Of a stretch of DNA of 64,000 nucleotides, positions 52,790-64,000 are shown in pieces. Position 1 is the stretch's first letter, and the number at the start of each line of letters is the position of its first letter. Where the stretch lies: assembly GCF_009914755.1 (NCBI RefSeq), contig NC_060929.1; one strand, written 5' to 3'. The DNA comes from the human T2T-CHM13v2.0 reference genome, Homo sapiens. The notes beneath the pieces are model-generated. The model saw only the letters and a list, made by a program, of their open reading frames with translations. It was not told the origin of the DNA and searched no databases. The position numbers and the translations under genes are program-made.

Positions 52790-55360
52790 TTTTCATTTTC
52801 TATAGTTGCCATAAATTACCACAAACGTAGTGGCCTAAAACATAAAGTTATTATCATACGGTCTGCAGATCAGAAGTCTGTAGGCTGGAATCAAGATTGT
52901 AAGCAAAGCTGCATTCCTGTCTGAAGCCTCTAGGGTAAAGACTGTTTCCATGCCTTTTACAGCTTCTGAAGACTGCCTACATTCCTTGGCTCATGGTTTC
53001 CTTCCTTCATTTAAAAAAATTTTTTTTCAGTAGCTTTTGGGGTACAAGTGGTTTTTGTTACATGAATAAATTGTGTAATGATGAAGTCTGAGATTTTAGA
53101 GCACCTGACACTTCAGTAATATACATTGTATCCAATATGTGTTTTTTATATCCCTTAATCCCCATTCTCACTATCCCACTGCTGAGTTTCTGTAGTTCAT
53201 TATATCATTCTGTATGCCTTTGTGTACCCATAACTTAACTCCCACTTATAAGTGAGAATATACAATATTTGGTTTTCTATTCCTTGGTTATTTCACTTAG
53301 AATAATGGCCTCCAGCTCCATTTAAGTTGCTGCAAAAGCATTGCTTTATTCTTTTTCATGGCTGAGTAGTATTCCATGGTGTATATATACCATATTTTCT
53401 TTATCTATTCATTGGTCAGTGAGCACTTAGGTTGGTTCCAAATATCTGAAATTGTGAATTGTGCTGCCAAAAACATATGCATGCAGATGTCTTTTTGATA
53501 TGACTTATTTTCCTTTAGGTGGATACCCAGTAGTGGGACTGCTGGATCAAATGGTAGATCTACTTTTAGCTCTTTAAATCTCCATACTGTTTTCCATAGA
53601 GGTTGTACTAATTTACATTCCCATGAGCAGTGCATAAGCATTTCCTTTCCGCCACATCCATGCCAACAACTACAGTTTTTTGACTTTTTAATAATGGTCA
53701 TGCTTGTAGTAGTCAGGAGGTACCTCACTGTGGTTTTAATTTACATTTCCCTGATGATTAGTGATGGTGAGTATCTTTTCATGTTTTTTGGCCACTTGTA
53801 TATCTTATTTTTAAAAATGTCTATTCATGTCATTTGCCCACTTTTTGATGGGATCATTTGGTTTTTTTTTTTCTTGCTGATTTGAGTTCCTTATAGATTC
53901 TGGATATTAGTCCTTTGTTGGATGCATAGTTTGCAAATATTTTCTCCCACTCTGTGGGTTGTCTGTTTACTCTGATGATTATTTCTTTTTCTGTACGGAA
54001 TCTTTTAGTTTAATTAAGTCCCATTTATTTATTTTTGGTTTTGTTGCATTTGAATTTGTGGTCTTAGTCATAAATTCTTTGCCTAGGCCAATGTCCAGTC
54101 CACTTTCACCACTTCTATTCAACATAGATAGTACTGAAAGTCCCAGCTACAGCAATTAGGCAACAGGAAAAAATAAAGGGCATCCAAATTGGAAAAAAAG
54201 AAGTCAAACTGTCACTGCTCACTGATGATATGATTGCATAACTAGAAAGCCCTAAAGACTCCTCCAAAAGACTCCTAGATTTGATAAATACATTCAGTTA
54301 AGTAAATTTTACAAAATCAATATACACAAATTGGTAGCACTGCTATACACCAACAATGACTAAGCAGAGAATCAAATCAAGAATTCAATCCCTTTTACAA
54401 CAGTTAAAGAAAAAAAAAGACCTAAGAATATACTTGACCAAGGAGATGAAAGAGCTCTACAAGGAGAACTACAAAACACTGCTGAAAGAAACCAGAGATT
54501 ATACAAACAAATGGAGACACATCCCATGCTCATGAACTGGAAGAATCAATATCACAAAAATGACCATACTGCCCAAAGCAATCTTCAGATTCTATGCAAT
54601 TCCTATCAAAATACTAACATCATTTTTCACAGAAATAAAAAAAAAATCCTAAAATTCATATGGAACCAAAAAAGAGCCTGCATAGCCAAAGAAACACTAA
54701 GCAAAAAGAACAAAGCTGGAGACATCATACTAACAGACTTCAAATTATACTACAAGGCTGTAGTTACCAAAACAACATGGTACCAGTATAACAGTAGACA
54801 AATAGACCAATGGAACAGAATAGAGAACCCAGAAATAAAGCCAAATACTTAGAACCAACTGATCTTCAACAAAGCATACAAAAACATAAATTAGGGGAAA
54901 GACACCCTATTTAATAAATGTTGCTGGGAAAACTGGCTAGCCACATGTAGAAGAATGAAACCAGATCCCTATCTCTCACCTTATACAAAAATCAACTTAA
55001 GATGGACCGAAGACTTAAATTGAAGACCCAAAGCCCTGAAACCGCTAGAAGACAACCTAGGGAAAACTCTTCTGGGCATTGGCCTTCCTCCATTTTTGAA
55101 GCCAGCAATGTAGAATCTCTCTGACTCTCCTTTCATCATCACATGGTCTCTAAACACAGGCAGGAAAGGTTCTCTGCTTTTAAGGATTTGTGTGATTAGA
55201 TTAGTTCCACCCAGACACTCCAAAGTAATCCTCCCACCCCAAGGTCCTTAATTTAATTGCATGTGCAAAGTTCTTTTTGCCATGTATCTTAACAGATTCA
55301 CAGATTATAAGGATCAGGGTATGGTTATCTTTGTAGAGGACTATTATCTTGCCTACCATA
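52790..55360 (-). mobile_element. MLT1C-like MaLR solo LTR split by an L1PB (pieces ~52790-53012 and 55083-55360)
   Basis: 'aaattaccacaaacgtagtggcctaaaaca...ttccttggctcatgg' continues as 'ccttcctccatttttgaagccagcaatg...gactattatcttgcctaccata'. Confidence 0.85.
53013..55082 (-). mobile_element. 5'-inverted (twin-primed) L1PB: antisense 53013-54098, sense 54099-55085
   Basis: ORF2 C-terminal peptide on - ([14 protein letters not shown]) and upstream ORF2 on + ([25 protein letters not shown]); TSD ccttccttcattt (53000-53012) / ccttcctccattt (55083-55095). Confidence 0.92.
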
Positions 55361-55540
55361 TTGCCAATTGCAGCTCTGTGCTTTTGGAAATTGTTTGGCT
55401 GAGCTCCAAAATTTTGGAATAACTTCATAAATGCAATTGACTATCAAAAGGCTGTGGATGCAATATGAAAGGGAAGAGCTTAAAAGAGCACGTTGGAGCC
55501 AAATAGTTGTCTCCGAGTACTTCACTTACAAGAGTTAATC

Positions 55541-55827
<287 letters not shown>

Positions 55828-55900
55828 AGTTAATCAAACATTCTCTTAGGAGTTAATTAAAAACTCCACTCCAGGTTGGTACAAAACACTATAAAATCAT

Positions 55901-56270
55901 TGTATCCCCACCCAAATCTCATGTTGAATTGTGAGTGTTGGAGGTGCGGCCTGGTGGGAGGTGATTAGATCATGGGAAGTGGATTTTTCCCTTGCAGTTA
56001 TTCTCATAATGGGTGAGCTCTCACAAGATCTGATTGTTTAAAAGTGTGTAACACTTCTCCCTTCACTCTTTCTCTCTCTCTCTCTCTCTCCTGCTACTAC
56101 ATGAAGACATGCTTGCTTCCCCTTTGTCCTTCCACTGATTGTAAGTTTTCTGAGGCCTTCCAGTCATGCCTCCTGTCCAGTCTGCAGAACTGTGAGTCAA
56201 GTAAACCTCTTTTCTTCATAAATTACCCAGTCTCAAATAGTTCTTTAAAGCAGTTAAGAACAGACTAGTT
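55901..56270 (+). mobile_element. MST-type (MSTA/B) MaLR solo LTR
   Basis: 'tgtatccccacccaaatctcatgttgaattgt...cctggtgggaggtgattagatcatggg...aaacctcttttcttcataaattacccagtctca'. Confidence 0.9.
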
Positions 56271-57626
56271 CAATCATCTTATCCTAGAATTGGTCTCTGA
56301 ATTTGCAGGAATTCCCAGGGCACAAATAACCCAAAACAGGCTTCTGGAACTAGATGTGATATAACTCAATGACTTAAAATTTTCTTCTTACTTGAACATG
56401 GGAGTTATGCTGATTTTTCCCATGAGTACAGTTGACAGTGATTAGTTATTCCTACATCAGTGCCCTTTATGTGTCATCTGAGTCTTCTTGTGAGTGAGGC
56501 ATCTATCAGATAAAATTTTATTGATCCCTAAATTATGCTCTTTACATTTTAGCATTTTGTTGTACACGTTGGATCTAAGAAGTAGCCAAGGACACTAAAA
56601 ACACAATGTAAGGAAAGAGCTCCGTGAAGTAGCAACAACAGAATTACTTTCCATTATTTTTGGAGATTATTCTTTTTTCAACACACTTCAGTCATTTTTG
56701 GTCAACATTTCCTCATATTATTTAAAAGAATGAACCATAACTTCATAAAAGACAAGTTAGAAATTCACGAAACAATTCCTTTTTAAAAGATCAAGAGTGT
56801 GATGTTTAGTAGACATACACGGCCATTCTCTTTCCATCAGCAATTTTTTTCCTCCATAGCCAAGGCTTGAACATTTCGTCTCTGCTCCCGTCTATTCCAT
56901 GATTATAACTTTTCATCATTCGTTGTAATTCAGTGCCATTCTTGGTAAGCAAACATACACATCCTAAAAAGTTCACAAACACTGTAAATTACTGTTTGAT
57001 TGGTTGAGTGCATTAATGTTCTACTTTACATTACCTCTATTTTCCATTAAAATGAAGTAAAGCAAAGTTTACCCTGTCATAGAACACCTACTCTGTAAGT
57101 AAAAGCTAGGAAATGGCAATGAGCAAGGCATAGTTAGTAGATATAAAATGATTAGAGCAGAGATTTCATATAAAGGCTAGAGGCAATAATGTTCTAAAGG
57201 GAAATTTAGGCCTTATTATAAAGAGTCTTGATTGCCAGGGTCAGAAATATGAGTGTATTTTGTAATCAGTGGTTCATTAGAATTACCTTTTTGAGATCTT
57301 AATAAACATGAGTATTGGCAGGGCTGATAATTAGATAGTATTTAGGACCATTCTGGTTTTTGCAGCCATAGTCCATGCTGATTGGTCAGGAAAGCAGTTT
57401 TGATTGGTTAGTGTTTTTGTCATATCACTGGTAAAATTCTTTGGATATCACCCCTGAATGTCTGGGTCCTATGTCCAGAGAGTCTACTTCCTATGTCTAG
57501 ATGAGGCTTGGGCACAGTATTCTCTACAATCTCTCCATGTGGTACTAATGCAAAGTGAGGAAAGGGAAGCACTATTACAGAAGAGTGAAAGCTCGGAAAG
57601 GCTTTCCAGTATAAGTAACAGGATGA

Positions 57627-57785
<159 letters not shown>

Positions 57786-57859
57786 AGAAATAATTAATCT
57801 GGAATATATTGAAGGCACGAAGAAATTGAGATAGGAAAGTTATTCATTTATTGATTCAA

Positions 57860-58450
57860 CAAGTAATTACTATGTGCATTTCTGGGTATTGAACTGCAGT
57901 GCCAGTCCAGTTGAAGAGATGGAAAAGGAAGTGCCAGAAGGAAAAATGGACTTTGCAGATATCAAGATGATCAAACAGACAATACTATAGGACCAAATGA
58001 ATATGCAGTCAGGAAAGGAGAGGAGTCAAAGGAGACTGAACTTCCTAATGAACGGGAGGAATAGTGTTAAGAAAATTAAGAGACAGAGACAATTTCAGAG
58101 ACATGATGAATTCAGTTAAAAATACATCCAACTTGAGGTATAGGTAGGTTGCCCAAGAAGAAATGTCTAGTAGGGTTTTAGAGAAGAGCTGGTTAGAATT
58201 TTGAAGGCTGAAGTAAATATTATAGCATCATCTGTGCAGAAATAGTGAAAGCACTACAGTGACTGAGATGAAATCTAAGGCATTATATAGAAAATACAGT
58301 GGAGGACTGAGAACTAAGATTTATTAAAGGAGTGAAGGAAGACACAAGAGGAGAACCTAGATAGGGTAGAGTCAGGAAAATTAAGAGATTGTCACATATT
58401 GAGAAAAGTCAGCAAAAATTCAACTGAAGAGACCATTGTCTATTCCTATA
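57860..58450 (-). mobile_element. L2 relic
   Basis: 'aggaaaggagaggagtcaaagga', 'gatgaattcagtt...ttgaggta...gaaatgtctagtagg'. Confidence 0.55.
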
Positions 58451-59339
58451 AGGAGCCTCAGATCTATTTCAAAACACATAGAGTTGCATCAGAAGTCAAG
58501 CAGCCACATGTGATCTATACTTAATATTAAATATACAAATATAGTCACTAAAGGTTAGTTTTTTATTATATAACCTTGCTGGTATCAAAACTATACTGAC
58601 AATACTTCAGTTCCTCTTGGATAAATATGCACTGAGAAATTGGCAAGTTAGTCAAACAAATATTGGACAACAAATAAAATTTGGATAAAGTTGATAAAAA
58701 TTTGGCATAATTGGCATAAACTATGAACAGCCAGGAAATAAGAGTACACACCAAGTATCAAAATTGAAGAAATAACATCACTGTTGTTTAACAAAGACTA
58801 AGAGCCTACCACATGTCTAAAATGCTGAGTTTCCAATGGGAAAAGAGTTTTTTAATAGCCATTACTTACAGAAATTGGTGAACAATCTACTTGCCAATGA
58901 AATTTTTAACTCCACCTAGATGAACAAATCTAGAGACTTAACTACTCTAGATAATCCTTTTTTTTTTTTCACCGTAATCCACAGTGTGGTAGATATAGGT
59001 GCACTGGACACACAGAATCCCACAATGAGTTAAGACAGATTAGTTCCAGAAGATAGAGATTTGAGCACTAGTTCTGACTTAATTCATTGTGATATTATTT
59101 GTGTCCAGTTTCCTCACTTTCAAATATATTTTAAATATGTGAAACAAATTGTAAAATATTTCAGAGGAAGAACCATTTTTTTCTTCAGCTTCAGCCCATC
59201 AGAATCTACCTTGGCTTTGGTAGTTAGTTTTAGTTTCTTATTCATGATATTTTCAGCCTTTTATTGATCTTTTCTTAAACCTCTTATTTTTAGTTACTGT
59301 GACTACTGCAGACAGGATTGAAGGAGAGGACATTAATTG

Positions 59340-59750
59340 AATTTATTAAAGTCTATTCAATAGAATTTATTGAACACTTACTTTAAGCTCAGCTCCACAC
59401 GAGATATAAGATAAATCTCTGCTCTTGTGCTTGATAAGCTAACCATCTATTTGGGGGAAATAAGACTAATATGAAAGCAAATATTAATTTGCAACACAAA
59501 TTGGTATATAATTAAGGACCAAAAAATGGCAGATCAATAGGAGATACAGTTCATGAAAACATGAGTAAGTCCAAAGCATTTGAGAAAGGCATCACAGAGA
59601 ATTCCATCTTGATTTTGAAAGACTGAGTAGGTTTTGAATAGATAGAAGAAGGAAAGGCATACCAGAAAAGGAGAACTAAATAAGCAAATGTATAGAGGCT
59701 GGAAAGTTCTGGGAGAATTCTGAACAGATCCTTCTTCTGGAAGGACAATC
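59340..59750 (-). mobile_element. L2 3' relic
   Basis: 'attcaatagaatttattgaacacttact', 'ttgaaagactgagtaggttttgaatagatagaagaaggaaaggcataccag'. Confidence 0.6.
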
Positions 59751-59974
59751 TAGTCTTTCTGCTTCAGTGATTTTCATTCTGGCTAGCTTTCTGGTTTCTG
59801 ACTACTTCCATTTCTAACCTTGCAAAGAATTTTAAGTAGACAGAAAACCATGAGTAGAGAGAGAAAGGAAGGAACATAATGCACTGTAGTACAGTGGGAC
59901 ATCCCTTACTCAAGCATTTATATGTGCTTATTCTCACTAAGTTTTAGGCCAGTTTAAGAACATTCACATATTAA

Positions 59975-60150
59975 CTTAGTTAATCTTCATAACAATCATG
60001 TAATAGAGGCAATATTTTAATCTGCATTTTACAAGGAGAAGACAAAGGCACACAGAGGTTAAGTGACTTGTGCAAGGTGATACAACTTGGTAAATGATGG
60101 AGGTGGAATTTGAGCCCAGATAATCTGGCTTCAGAGCCCTGACTCTCATG
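59975..60150 (-). mobile_element. MIR
   Basis: 'ttaatcttcataacaatc...cattttacaaggagaagacaaaggcacacagaggttaagtgacttgtgcaaggt...ggaatttgagcccag'. Confidence 0.85.
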
Positions 60151-63100
60151 CAGAACTGGATGTGTAGGATTGGTTATTTTAGAGAGAGCTTTGAAACACA
60201 AATGTAGAAGTTGGTATTTTACTCTAAGAGCAGATGGAAATCCTTGAAGGTTTTGACATTCTAATAACCATGATAAAATTAACCTGGCACGGGTGTGTAG
60301 GATTTACTAGCGGGGAAACTGCTACTATATTCTCTCTTTCTAAATTGCACTTCCAAGTGTCCTATGTAGTTGGCAGACATGGATCTGACCCACAATTCTA
60401 GTTTAACTGAGGTTCTGACTTTAGAATGGTAGTTGTCTCCTTGTGCCAGTGTTTTAAGTTAAACCATGGAAACATAAAACAAGTGCAAGGTGGTGATTAT
60501 TCTAGTTTACTTTTTTCTGTGTGGCTTAAAACACCCACACTAAAGCTACTTCTAGGGGAATCTTGCTGTTTGCCTGCCTGCCTGCCCTCTTCTCGGCTTA
60601 CACAAAGCCTTATTTTTTTCCCCAGCTGCCATTGCCTTTTCAAGCTGAGCATGAATGCCACCCATTCATGAGGCAACGTGGACAACTGATCAGAAAAGGT
60701 CCCGGTGCTTCCAATTAAAAATTGTTCAATAGCGTAAAAATTCAGGCACTCCAAGACTAAAATCAAATCCCTGGTGGGTTGTTGATAGACTTGTTATTAA
60801 AGGTTTGCCAAGGCTTAATAAGACTGATAACAAGAAACTGCAAATCTCTTCAAACTATTCTGTAAACATTTGGATAGGGCTGAAATTAAGAATACGAAGA
60901 ATATGCATTTCACTGATCTGTTTTTCTTAGCTGGCTTTCATGTTACAAAATCAGCAACATATGTCGGCAGATCCAATTGACCTTCAAGCTGGAGTTTGAA
61001 TATCTTAGGTGTATGTCACCTCATCTCTGGCTTTGATCTGCTGTAAGAAAGAGAAATATAATTATTAACACATTGTTCTGTGCAGCTGACAGAGCATCTG
61101 GTATTTTAGAAATGCTTTTGAGATGCCTTAATTGATTTGAAAGTTGGTTGTAAGTGAGCTTGGAAAAGATGCAACACCTTTGCAGCATTAGTAATTAAGA
61201 GAAATCAGAAGTAGGTTTTATCTGCGTTAAGTTGTAGCTGAAAATGAAATATCTAAGGATAATTAAGAAAAAAATTAATTTAAAAAATGATAGCAATAAG
61301 GCTCCCCATGAATGATTAGTCAACTCTCCTCCTGATATAGACAACTTAATTACATTTCCTTATTGCAGCGTCACCATCCACCTGACTATGGTGACTGAAT
61401 TTCCATCATGGACTATTATGCTTGAGTTTCCATTATAAACAGTAATTTTTTTAGGCTTAGAATTTCAGTCATTTCATGTTGATTCAGATTTTAACTCAGC
61501 ATATGAGCTGTTCATCCAGCTGCCATTATGAAAAAAAAAAGAACATTTTAAGTCTTTCAAGACAGTAATGAATAAAAAATAAAGGTGTACAATTTTCATG
61601 TTTCTTTCCTCAATCTCTAGTCTAAAAGAAGTGTGCAAAAGAGTCTGAAAATGTTTCAATACTGGTTTTGATCCAAATGAATGAAAAGTATCGCTCTATT
61701 CATTTGAATGAGGAACACTGTCATAACAAATATTTGAAAGGAGATAGGAAGTGTAAGGCCCTTTCAAAAAAGAAGATAAAAACACTTCTAAATACAGTAA
61801 GAAATGCTGGGTATGATTTATTTTCCAAAACAGGAATAGTTCCCAATATAATTCTCATTTTATTAATCATTTCCTTGGGCAACTTTGCATTCATTTCTAG
61901 AAATTTTAGGAGTAAATTTCAAAAATTCCCACCAAATTGAAAATACTGGAATCTCATATATGTTTCATTGCTTATGTAATCTTTTTCATTGGTAATGTAC
62001 TTGAGGCACATTTCTGATCTGGTTATTCTTAAGAACTATTTATTTTCTATTATGAAAGCAATGTCACTATCACAGTACTGTTGATCTTGCTTTGTAAGGA
62101 ATTTACACATTTGTGGCTCAGAAGGAACTATACAGTTGGTCAGCTGTTTGTTGTATATTCATGTATTATCCAAATGATGACATAATGAGGTAATCACTTG
62201 ATTGTTCTGTGGCCATTGCCTGCCTTCCTTTGTGTGACTGATTTTTTTTAAGAAGTACAAAGTAATAGTCAAAGTGATTTTCTTCTTTCAAGAAAACTTT
62301 AGTTTGTAAACTTGCGAAGATTTTTAAAACTGGAAAATCCTCTGGTGTTGACTTAGGTACGCTACATTTTTATGCTGTGAATATATGTATCACTTAAAAT
62401 ATACCCCTTTAAACACGGGAATATTATTAGTCTCATGAAGGCAAACAACACTCAGCAACAATCCTTGAACTATAAAATTTAAAAGTATAAAAACTGAAAA
62501 AATTACCTGAAACTAAGGAGTAAATTCTGGTTCCAAATATAACTGTCAGGAAATGTGAAGTGTAGCTTTTGAGAACTCAAAAGATGAAAATCAAGCTAAT
62601 CTGAAAACATTTGTTGCATTCTATAATATCAAATGAATTGACACATATTCACTAAAAATTCCCCAAATAAAAAATTCAGTTAATCTTTGGAGGGAGAGAT
62701 TTCTCACCTACTTACCTACCCACCCACCACACTGTTGGTATTTATGCACACATACACACAAATAAGGGTAGTGAAAAAGGATCAGATCAAAATTATGTGA
62801 AGTAGCCCGTATAGAATCAGTGATCATCTATACTCAATCTTTGTGAAGTAGATATTTGGAGAGAGTGAGAGAAAGTGACTGGAGGTGGACTCTGCTCTCT
62901 AAAAGTCACAATTTTAAAACTCATTAAATAAAGCTCAGAATACTGTACAAGACTGGTATATATTGCAAATGTTCTTTGGTACTCTTATCCTATGTGATAG
63001 CAAATAGCCATGCTTCTCATAGACCGTGACTATCTCTTTCATTCAACCACATTCATTGAGTACTTACTCTTTTTAAAAGACCAGATATGTACAGATGTAT

Positions 63101-63976
63101 AAAAGAGGCTCTTTAACCTCATGTCACTTGGAGTCCAAAAACTGGTTAGGATGAAAGGAGAGGTTTTTCAAAGGCAAAATTCCCCTGACACTTAGAGGTG
63201 GAGGTTCTTTAACCTGAATGATATATAATTCATAGTTTCTCCCACGGGGAAAAAAATAAACAGCAAATAAGGAAAAACTTTTTGAAATATTGTGGCACCT
63301 TTATCACTATTAAACATGTGATAATTCTAGAATAATCTGATACAGAGGTGGAAATTAAGCTTGCTGACATTTGTCTAAAAGAATTGCCTGAATGAAGGTG
63401 GGGAAGGTAAAGGAAATGATAAATCTGATGAAAAAGTAATAGACTCTATTCTTCAACCAAATGTGAATCATTTATCTGTCACACACTTTTTTCAAGTAAA
63501 CCTCCTAATTAGCATGAATAATTAGAAACAGGATTTGCATATTTTCTTTCAAAGAACAAATTGTGGCTTACCATCTTGATATCCCAACAAAGTATATCTA
63601 ACCTAACTATTAAAATATTGTGAAGATTTCTATAAATAAAAACATTTACTACGGTCAGATTTTCAAAGTCAAAATAAAGTGACTGTCTAGTGTGTTTGAG
63701 GATATTTGGAGGGTTCTATTTGGCTGCCTACAATTCAATTCAGTATAAATTTGCTAAGAATTTTGGACTCATAAAACACAAAAAAATGCTAAAATCATTC
63801 TTCCCTAACAATTATTTGCCAGGTTTATACAGATGACTTCCTCAACTTTCCTTTGCACCAGTTTTTCATAAATATGGTGATCATCCTCTAATTCCAGTAT
63901 TCACATAAGTTGTTCTCTTTGCATATATCACATTTCAATATTAAAATTCAACTGTTTATTAAAGAAAGAGCAACCA

Positions 63977-64000
63977 AGCCAGGTGCAGTGGCTCACACCT
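63977..64000 (+). mobile_element. Start of an Alu, cut by the window edge
   Basis: 'gccaggtgcagtggctcacacct'. Confidence 0.8.

Noticed and set aside
57310-57455. Possible hAT-type MITE ending 'gatatcacccctg'
   Set aside because: Resembles a DNA-transposon terminus, but I could not establish the partner inverted repeat or a TSD.

Overview
AT-rich primate, very probably human, genomic DNA (it carries Alu, L1PA/L1PB and THE1 elements). I can support no protein-coding gene, RNA gene or CpG island. The ORF track consists of decayed L1 ORF1/ORF2 pieces, Alu/MaLR translations and chance ORFs. About half of the window is nested retroelements: old L1M elements; a 6.2-kb L1PA15/16-like copy with a complex internal inversion (6599-12801); a near-full-length L1MA with a 19-bp target-site duplication (TSD; 28900-35263); a two-LTR THE1B element; an inverted L1PB splitting an MLT1C LTR; several Alus; and MIR/L2 relics. 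I found no convincing new biological system. The best second-look items are fossils of retrotransposition mechanics: two independent L1s whose inversion breakpoints fall on the same ORF2 motif, an unidentified 215-bp mRNA 3'-end retrocopy, an ~85-bp L1 RT-site/3'-end chimera at a deletion junction, and PBS-like sequence retained outside a THE1 LTR. Subfamily names come from remembered consensus features, not from an alignment, and boundaries are approximate.
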